From Planctomycetota bacterium (lineage in GTDB: Bacteria > Planctomycetota > UBA8108 > SXIK01): DNA of 64,000 bases. The stretch spans positions 5,824,001-5,888,000 of the forward strand of contig CBDCXR010000004.1 in NCBI GenBank assembly GCA_965223845.1, read 5' to 3'. The notes below the pieces were generated by a model that worked only from the letters and a program-made list of their open reading frames with translations, made no database searches and was not told where the DNA came from. Below are positions 56,828 through 64,000 of this stretch, in pieces; position 1 is the first letter of the stretch; every line of letters starts with the position of its first letter. Both the position numbers and the translations under genes were made by a program.

Positions 56828-56854
56828 TCGGTTCCGGGTCCGGCCCCGACCCCC

Positions 56855-57964
56855 CTACGCGATGTGCGCCCCACGCGTCTCGACGTACACCGCGTACAGC
56901 GACTGACTCGCCGTCATGAACAACCGGTTCCGCTTCGTTCCCCCGAAGCAGACATTGCCGCAGATCTCCGGGAGAAGGATCTGTCCGATCCGTTTCCCCT
57001 CGGGCGAGAAGATGTGGACGCCGTCGTATCCTTCACCCACCCAACCGGCGCTCGACCAGATGTTTCCGTCCTCGTCGGCGCGAATGCCATCGGCGAAGCC
57101 GGCGTTCTGTGGCTTCTTGATGGAATCGAGCTTCATGCTCGTGAAGACCCGGCGATTCGTGAGCCGCTTCTCGTCGGCGACGTCCCACACCTTGATATCT
57201 CGGGGCGCCTCGGGGTAGTGCGATGCGCCCGTGTCCGCGACGTAGAGCTTCTTATAATCCGGCGAAAAGCAGAGGCCGTTCGGCTTGTAGATCTCGTCGG
57301 CGACCTTCGCGAGCTTCCCCGTTTTCGTGTCGAGCCGGTAGACCGCTTCCTTGATGTGAAGCGGGCCCTTCGTGCCCTCGTAATGCATGAGGCTCCCGTA
57401 GCCGGGATCGGTAAACCAGATGGCTCCGTCGGGATGGACCACCGCGTCGTTCGGCGCGTTGAGGGGCTTTCCGTCGTAGCGGTCGGCGAGGACCGTCTTC
57501 GTTCCGTTGTATTCGTAGCGGACGAGCTGCCGCGTACCGTGCTCGCAGGAGATCTGCCGGCCTTGGTAGTCGAACGTGTTCCCGTTGCTGTTGCCCGACG
57601 GGTGGCGCATCGTCGAGACGTGTCCGTCGTCCTCGATCCAGCGCTTCTGCACGTTGTTGGGGATGTCACTCCAGACGAGGTAGCGCCCGACGCCATTCCA
57701 CGCCGGACCCTCGGCCCAGAGCATTCCCGTCGCGAGCCGCTGAATCGGCGTGTTGCCGAGCTTGTACTTCGCGAAGCTCGGATCGAGGGCGACGATGTCG
57801 GGATCGGGGTACCGAACCGGTGGCGCGTTCGGACCGTAATCGCGCGCGAGGACTTTCGTTCCGAGCGCCGCCGCGGCGGCGCCGAGAAAAGCGCGGCGGC
57901 CGAGGCGCGGTGCTTGCGGGGCGGGCGTGTCAGCGCATGCGGGCGTGTTCGATCGAGTCGTCAT
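56855..57964 (-). CDS. SMP-30/gluconolactonase/LRE family protein, Tat-exported
   Basis: RRAFLG Tat motif, WAEGPAW, WSDIPN, NAPND, WFTDPGYG, PNGLCFSPD, ADGIRAD. Confidence 0.92.
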   Translation of the reverse strand: MTTRSNTPACADTPAPQAPRLGRRAFLGAAAAALGTKVLARDYGPNAPPVRYPDPDIVALDPSFAKYKLGNTPIQRLATGMLWAEGPAWNGVGRYLVWSDIPNNVQKRWIEDDGHVSTMRHPSGNSNGNTFDYQGRQISCEHGTRQLVRYEYNGTKTVLADRYDGKPLNAPNDAVVHPDGAIWFTDPGYGSLMHYEGTKGPLHIKEAVYRLDTKTGKLAKVADEIYKPNGLCFSPDYKKLYVADTGASHYPEAPRDIKVWDVADEKRLTNRRVFTSMKLDSIKKPQNAGFADGIRADEDGNIWSSAGWVGEGYDGVHIFSPEGKRIGQILLPEICGNVCFGGTKRNRLFMTASQSLYAVYVETRGAHIA

Positions 57965-58483
57965 CTCGGGATGCTCCTTCTCGCGAGCTGGTCGCGACGA
58001 GTGAATCGGAATCGGGCGCCTCGATCCGATACGCCAACTTGCGGTGGCGCGCCGTGAGTGGGGATGAGAATGAGGCGTGGGAAAGGGTCCGGATGAGCGC
58101 CGGAGTCTTCACTATCGGGGAGAACGAAAGAGCGATGCAAGGACTCGAGACGGGCCCCGGTCGATCGGCGGCTCCGTGGAGACCGCCGGCGGACGGTCGC
58201 CTGCCCCGCTCTAAGTGATTGCTAAGAAGCGAGTTGAGCCCGTGGTCCGAACCCCGAGGCCGACACCTTCGATTTCCCTTTCCCCCGATCCAGATCTGGT
58301 ACAATGGCGAAGCTTATGCGCAGCGCGTACGCACCCGCCGCGCCGAATCGGCGCAGACGAGGGTCGGGTGCCTGACGGTCCGTGTTTTCTCTACGGACGG
58401 GGTCTGCCCCGCGCGAATCGAACGCTGCGGAGCCGCGCTAGCCGACCGACGAACAGCGAACGGAACTGGAACGGAGGCTGACC

Positions 58484-59953
58484 ATGCTCGTCATTCCGGG
58501 CGACCAAGGACGGGTTACGTGCGACGGACTTTCGCGGCGCGAGCTGCTCCGGATCGGAGGCTCCGCGCTACTGGGCCTGAGTCTCCCGCAGCTCCTCGAG
58601 CTTCAGGCCGCATCGGCGGCTTCCGTCGCCGGGAAGTTTTCCGGGGCGGCGGGCTTCGGTAAGGCGAAGAGCGTCATCCTGATTTACCTCCAGGGCGGAC
58701 CGAGCCACCTCGACCTCTGGGACCCGAAGACGGACGTCCCGAGCGATGTGAAGAGCATCTTCAAGCCCATCAAGTCGAAGGTGCCCGGGATGGAAGTCAC
58801 CGAGCTCCTCCCGAACCTCGCGAAGGTGACCGACAAGTTCACGTTCATCCGGACGATGAGCTACACGCCGAACGGCCTCTTCAATCACACCGCGGCGATC
58901 TACCAGATGCTGACCGGCTACACCGCGGACAAGGTGAGCCCGTCCGGCCAGCTCGAGCCGCCGACTCCGAAAGACTTTCCGCACGTCGGCTCGAACATCG
59001 CGAAATTGAAGCCGCCGACCGTGCCGATGCTGCCCTTCGTCATGATGCCGCGGCCGCTTCAGGAGAGTAACGTCGTCGGAAAGGGCGGGACGGCCGGTTT
59101 CCTCGGCCGAGCGTACGATCCCTTTACGCTCTACCCGTCGGGCGACGATCTCGACAACTCGAAGATGGACCGGATCAAGATCGACGACCTCACGATGCGC
59201 CAGGAGCTCACGACTCCGCGAATGCGTCGCCGGGCGAATCTCTTGAAGGCGATCAACGGCGGCATGCCGGCGCTCGAGAAGGCCGTCGCGAAGTACGATC
59301 TCAATCAGTACACCGAGAAGGCGCTCAGCCTCGTTCTTTCGGGACGTGCGCGGAACGCGTTCGATCTCAAGCAAGAACCGGACAAGCTTCGCGACGAGTA
59401 CGGCCGAACGACCTTCGGTCAGTGCTGTCTCCTCGCGCGTCGCCTCGTCGAATCGGGCACGCGCTTCGTCGAGGTGAACTGGCCGAAGATCGCGAACTCC
59501 GATCGCCACTCGTGGGACGTCCACGTCGGGCTCCCCGATCGGATGAAGAAGCTCTCCGGGCCGATGCTCGACCCGGGACTCGCGACCTTGATTCGCGATC
59601 TCGACGACCGCGGGCTTCTCGACGACACGCTCGTCGTCGCCGTCGGCGAGTTCGGCCGCAGCCCGAAGCGCGGCATCAGCACCTCCGGAAACGGAAACTC
59701 CGCCGACGGACGCGACCACTGGCCGTACTGCTACACCGCCGTCGTCGCCGGCGGCGGCGTGAAGCGGGGAAACGTCTACGGTCAATCGGACGCGACCGCG
59801 TCGGGCCCCATCGACAATCCGGTCAGCCCCCAAAACCTGCTCGCTACGATCTACCACGCGATGGGTCTCGACCCGCACATGATGATCTACAACCACCTCA
59901 ATCAGCCTCGGGAGATGGTGCAGGGCGATCCGGTCCTCGACCTCTTCGCCTGA
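58484..59953 (+). CDS. DUF1501 domain protein
   Basis: SRRELL Tat-like motif, [43 protein letters not shown]. Confidence 0.9.
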   Translation: MLVIPGDQGRVTCDGLSRRELLRIGGSALLGLSLPQLLELQAASAASVAGKFSGAAGFGKAKSVILIYLQGGPSHLDLWDPKTDVPSDVKSIFKPIKSKVPGMEVTELLPNLAKVTDKFTFIRTMSYTPNGLFNHTAAIYQMLTGYTADKVSPSGQLEPPTPKDFPHVGSNIAKLKPPTVPMLPFVMMPRPLQESNVVGKGGTAGFLGRAYDPFTLYPSGDDLDNSKMDRIKIDDLTMRQELTTPRMRRRANLLKAINGGMPALEKAVAKYDLNQYTEKALSLVLSGRARNAFDLKQEPDKLRDEYGRTTFGQCCLLARRLVESGTRFVEVNWPKIANSDRHSWDVHVGLPDRMKKLSGPMLDPGLATLIRDLDDRGLLDDTLVVAVGEFGRSPKRGISTSGNGNSADGRDHWPYCYTAVVAGGGVKRGNVYGQSDATASGPIDNPVSPQNLLATIYHAMGLDPHMMIYNHLNQPREMVQGDPVLDLFA

Positions 59954-60169
59954 TCCAGTCTCCCTAGGCATCGGCGGCCGGACTCCGAAGCGTTCGTCCG
60001 CCGGTCCCGCTCGATCACCGCGACCCACGCCGGGAGATTCGCGCGTCGCGCGAAACATTACCGGAGTTTCGACCGTCGATGCGTTCGCGAACGAGCGCTC
60101 CATTGAAGCGGAGATCGGCGGGCGTCCTCCGGCACCGCCCGCAACCGCGAACGAACACGGAAAGCCAGG

Positions 60170-61573
60170 ATGAATTCGCTCCGATATACGACACTCTTCC
60201 TCGCCGTCCTCGGAGGCGCGAAAGCGGTCCACGCGGACGACGCGACCAGCGGCGAAGGAGTCAGCTATTTTCGCGACGTCTGGCCGATTTTTCGCGCCAA
60301 GTGTCAGGGTTGTCATCAGCCAGCGAAGCCGGGAGGGAAGTTCGTGCTCACCTCACACGAGCTTCTGATGGCCGGGAGCCGCGGCGATCCGGTCGTCGTA
60401 CCCGGAAAGCCGGATGAGAGCTCGCTCCTCGACGAGATCACTCCGGACGGCGACGATCCCCCGGCGATGCCGAAGGACGCCGCGCCCCTCTCGGAAACCG
60501 AGGTCGCGACGATTCGACAGTGGATCGCCGCGGGGGCGAAGGACGACACGCCGGCGTCGGCCAAGGTGAGATTCGACGCCGACCATCCGCCGGTCTACGA
60601 GAACGCCCCGGTCCTCACCGCCGTCGATTGTTCCCCGGACGGAACACTCATCGCGGCGTCGGGTTACCACGAAGTCCTCCTCCACAAGGCGGACGGAACC
60701 GGGCTTGCCGGGCGACTGGTCGGTCTCTCCGAGAGGATCGAATCGCTGCAGTTCTCTCCCGACGGGAAGAAGCTTGCCGTGACGGGCGGATCGCCGTCGC
60801 AGATGGGTGAAGTTCAGATCTGGGACGTCGAGAAGCAGAAGCTGCTCGTCGGGCACGCGACGACATTCGACAGTGTCTACGGTGCGAGCTGGTCGAACGA
60901 CGGGAAGCTCGTCGCCTTCGGCTGCGCAGACAACTCGGTCCGCGCGATCGACGCGACGTCCGGAAACCAGGTGCTCTTCCAGGGCGCTCACAACGATTGG
61001 GTGCTCGGGACCGCGTTCTCGGTAGACGCATCCCATCTCGTGTCGGTGAGCCGTGATCGCAGCATGAAGCTGATCAAGGTCGACACCGAGCAGTTCATCG
61101 ACAACATCACGAGCATCACGCCCGGAGCGCTCAAGGGTGGCTTGATCGCCGTCGACTGCCATCCGAAGGAGGATCGACTTCTCGTCGGCGGTGCGGACGG
61201 CACGCCGAAGATCTACCGGATGCACCGCGAAAAGGCGCGAAAGATCGGCGACGACTTCAACCTCATTCGCGCGTTCGGCGCGATGCCGGGCCGGCTCTAT
61301 TCGGTGGAGTTCAACGCCGACGGCAGCCGGTTCATCGCGGGGAGCAGCTTCAACGGACGCGGGGAGATCCGCAGCTATCAGACGGCGGACGGCAAGCAAG
61401 ATTGGGCGACGAAGCTCGAGACCGCGGTCTATTCGGTCGCTTACAGCCACGACTACGGACGAGTCGCCGTCGGCGGCTATGACGGCATGATAAGGATTCT
61501 CGACGCGAAGAGCGGCGAGGAAGTCCAGCGGTGGGCGGCGGCGCCGGTACAGCGAACGCGCCGCGAGTTCTGA
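60170..61573 (+). CDS. Planctomycete cytochrome c (PSCyt1) + WD40 repeat protein
   Basis: YFRDVWPIFRAKCQGCH (CxxCH), PGKPDESSL, MPK...WIAAGA, then WD40-like blades. Confidence 0.87.
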   Translation: MNSLRYTTLFLAVLGGAKAVHADDATSGEGVSYFRDVWPIFRAKCQGCHQPAKPGGKFVLTSHELLMAGSRGDPVVVPGKPDESSLLDEITPDGDDPPAMPKDAAPLSETEVATIRQWIAAGAKDDTPASAKVRFDADHPPVYENAPVLTAVDCSPDGTLIAASGYHEVLLHKADGTGLAGRLVGLSERIESLQFSPDGKKLAVTGGSPSQMGEVQIWDVEKQKLLVGHATTFDSVYGASWSNDGKLVAFGCADNSVRAIDATSGNQVLFQGAHNDWVLGTAFSVDASHLVSVSRDRSMKLIKVDTEQFIDNITSITPGALKGGLIAVDCHPKEDRLLVGGADGTPKIYRMHREKARKIGDDFNLIRAFGAMPGRLYSVEFNADGSRFIAGSSFNGRGEIRSYQTADGKQDWATKLETAVYSVAYSHDYGRVAVGGYDGMIRILDAKSGEEVQRWAAAPVQRTRREF

Positions 61574-61673
61574 GCGCGGCACCGTCGAGCGACGGCCGCG
61601 GGAGAGCGACTCTCCGACGAGAGCGAGCGACGATCACAAAACCAGTCAACGCGCGTGCACGGGAACGAAAACG

Positions 61674-64000
61674 ATGAAGCGAAATCCCTGTGACAACTCC
61701 GTTCGAGTCCGGTGGGCGGCCTGCCTGCTGGTCGGAACCATCGGTTTGCCTCTCAGCGCCGCGGCGGATCCGGCGAAGGAAGCGGCGGACGAAGCGCCTA
61801 AGGCGACCGAGTCGATCCCCGACGGGCGGAGAGTGACTGCGATCGAGGTGTTTCCCTCTGCGGTCGAAATCGCCGATCGCTATCGCTACCGTCAGATCCT
61901 CGTCACGGGCGTGCTCGACAGTGGAGAGCGCGTCGATCTGACGCGTCTCGCCGAGCTGACCGATGCGAACGGTCTCGTCTCCGTCTCGGCGCAGGGCATC
62001 GTGCGACCGAGAAAGGGCGGCGAAGGCGCGATCGCGATTTCGTTCGGCGACCACCGTGCATCCGTTCCGGTGAAGGTCGGTGCGATCGACCGGCCGAGCG
62101 AGGTGAACTACATTCAGGACGTCGCCCCGACGATGTCGCGTATCGGTTGCAACCAGGGAACTTGTCACGGCGCGGCGAAAGGGAAGAACGGCTTTAAGCT
62201 GTCCCTTCGCGGCTACGATCCCGTCTTCGATCACCGCGCGCTCACCGATGACCTGCAGGGCCGGCGATTCAACAAGGCCGCGCCCGACCGCAGCCTCTTT
62301 CTCCTCAAGGTTTCCGGCGCGGTGCCGCATGTGGGCGGCGTCCATACGCAGCCCGGCGAAGCCTACTACGAGATCCTGCGCCAGTGGGTCGCCGACGGCG
62401 CTCCGCTCGATCTCGACGTAGCGCGCGTCGAGAAGATCGACGTTTTCCCGAAGAGTCCGATCATACCGCTTCCGAACATGCGTCAGCAGGTGGCGGTTCT
62501 CGCGACGTACACCGACGGCAAGGTGAGAGACGTCACCGCCGAGTCGTTCGTCGAAGCGAGCAACACCGAGATCATCACCGTCGACGACTACGGCACGGTC
62601 ACCGGTCTCCGGCGTGGAGAGTCGGCCGTCCTCGTTCGCTACGAGGGACGCTACGCGTCACTGCCGATCGTCGTGATGGGTGATCGAACGGGATACGAGT
62701 GGAAGGACGTTCCCGCGTACAGCTACGTCGACGAACTCGTGTACGAGAAGCTGCGCGCAATCAAAGCCCTTCCGAGCGAGGTCTGTACCGACGCGGAGTT
62801 TCTTCGCCGCGTGTCGATCGACCTCACGGGTCTGCCACCGTCGACGAAGGCGATTCGCACTTTCCTGCTCGACTCGCGCGATTCCCGGGTGAAGCGCGCG
62901 GAGGTCGTCGACCGACTCATCGGAAGTCCCGAATTCATCGAGTTCTGGACGAACAAATGGGCCGACCTCCTCCAAGTGAACCGAAAGTTCCTCGGCCCGA
63001 ACGGGGCGAGCGCGCTTCGCGATTGGATCCGCAGGGCGGTCGCGAGCAACACGTCGTACCAGGATTTCGTCTACACGATCCTCACCGGATCCGGATCGAC
63101 GCTGAAGAACCCGCCGGCAGCGTACTTCAAGATTCTCCGGAACGCGGAAGACGCGATGGAGAACACCACGCAGCTCTTCCTCGGGGTTCGGTTCAATTGC
63201 AACAAGTGCCACGACCACCCGTTCGAACGCTGGACGCAGCACAACTACTGGGAGCTCGCGTCGTTTTTCGCGCAGATTGGCCGAAAGGACGCTCCCGGCT
63301 CGAGAAAGATGCCGCGGCGCTCCGCGACCCAGACTCAAATCCCCGCGTTCGAAGAGATCATCTTCGACAAGGAGGAGGGCGAAGTCTCGGCGCCCGATGG
63401 AAGCAAGATCACGGCGGCGTTTCCGTATTCGCACCAGGCGTCGATCCCGGAGAAGTCGAGCCGGCGTGAGCAGCTCGCGAAGTGGCTGACGGCGGACGCG
63501 AACCCGTACTTCGCGCGCAGCTTCGTCAACCGAGTCTGGAGCTACTTCTTCGGCGTCGGATTCATCGATCCGGTCGACGATATCCGTGCCGGGAACCCCG
63601 CCACCAATCCAGAGCTTCTCGATCGGCTGACGGCCGAGTTCGTCGAGAGCGGGTTCGACGTCCGGCGGCTCATGCGGCGCATTCTCCACTCGCGCACCTA
63701 CCAGCACTCGATACGGACCAATCGCTGGAACGCGGACGACGACATTAATTTCTCCCACGCGCTCGCGCGTCGCCTTCCGGCTGAAGTGCTCTTTGACGCG
63801 ATCCACATCGCGACCGGCTCGCGACCGGAACTCCCAGGAACGCGTCCAGGCACGCTCGCGACCGAGCTCGTCGATGCGAGCGTGAAGCTCCCCGACGGCT
63901 TTCTCGATCTCTTCGGGCGTCCGCCGCGAGAGAGCGCGTGTGAGTGCGAGCGGACCGGCGGACTCTCGCTCGGTCACTCGCTCAATCTCGTCAACGGGCC
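61674..64000 (+). CDS. Ig-like + DUF1549/DUF1553 (PSCyt2/PSD1) protein; runs off the window end (3' end missing)
   Basis: Not in the ORF track because it has no stop in the window. MKRNPC...signal, GCNQGTCHGAAKGKNGFKLSLRG, EFLRRVSIDLTG, FNCNKCHDHPF, FVNRVWSYFFGVG, CECER. Confidence 0.85.
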   Translation, partial: MKRNPCDNSVRVRWAACLLVGTIGLPLSAAADPAKEAADEAPKATESIPDGRRVTAIEVFPSAVEIADRYRYRQILVTGVLDSGERVDLTRLAELTDANGLVSVSAQGIVRPRKGGEGAIAISFGDHRASVPVKVGAIDRPSEVNYIQDVAPTMSRIGCNQGTCHGAAKGKNGFKLSLRGYDPVFDHRALTDDLQGRRFNKAAPDRSLFLLKVSGAVPHVGGVHTQPGEAYYEILRQWVADGAPLDLDVARVEKIDVFPKSPIIPLPNMRQQVAVLATYTDGKVRDVTAESFVEASNTEIITVDDYGTVTGLRRGESAVLVRYEGRYASLPIVVMGDRTGYEWKDVPAYSYVDELVYEKLRAIKALPSEVCTDAEFLRRVSIDLTGLPPSTKAIRTFLLDSRDSRVKRAEVVDRLIGSPEFIEFWTNKWADLLQVNRKFLGPNGASALRDWIRRAVASNTSYQDFVYTILTGSGSTLKNPPAAYFKILRNAEDAMENTTQLFLGVRFNCNKCHDHPFERWTQHNYWELASFFAQIGRKDAPGSRKMPRRSATQTQIPAFEEIIFDKEEGEVSAPDGSKITAAFPYSHQASIPEKSSRREQLAKWLTADANPYFARSFVNRVWSYFFGVGFIDPVDDIRAGNPATNPELLDRLTAEFVESGFDVRRLMRRILHSRTYQHSIRTNRWNADDDINFSHALARRLPAEVLFDAIHIATGSRPELPGTRPGTLATELVDASVKLPDGFLDLFGRPPRESACECERTGGLSLGHSLNLVNG

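Noticed and set aside
56751-56850. Mini CRISPR array
   Set aside because: The copies are only 3 nt apart, with no spacer and no cas genes.
61571-61674. Sec readthrough or frameshift joining the WD40 gene to the DUF1549 gene
   Set aside because: The genes are in different frames and the downstream gene has its own ATG and signal peptide.

Overview
High-GC bacterial DNA that reads as an uncultured Planctomycetota genome: DUF1501/PSCyt1-WD40/DUF1549-DUF1553 cluster, sulfatase, PQQ-like propeller, three ECF sigma factors, and secreted proteins with an xRGDxNxD dockerin-like tail. About 45 genes are supported. I saw no rRNA, tRNA or CRISPR array. All family calls come from motif recognition by eye, not database searches. 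Main points: (1) 51539-52867(-) is one gene split by the ORF track. It is a Trx-like/CxxCH/PDZ protein with two in-frame TGA codons in a U-V-P-U-E-T-C motif followed by SECIS-like hairpins, so it is a probable double-selenocysteine protein. (2) 15641-23283(+) is a co-oriented uncharacterised module: non-catalytic FGE-fold protein, helical-repeat protein, divergent Hsp70 with a CxxC...CxxC insert, lipoprotein, Ycf46-type AAA+, DUF1257, DUF2997 and an orphan NrdG-like radical SAM protein. (3) 1-4171(-) is a pair of AAA_35/STAND NTPases, one with tandem SEFIR/TIR+TIR domains and one membrane-anchored (missed by the ORF track), a candidate immune or signalling system. (4) A dispersed family of intergenic repeats has CGAAG units phased every 9-11 bp, two pairs of which form long inverted-repeat elements; a RAYT-like Y1 transposase is also present.
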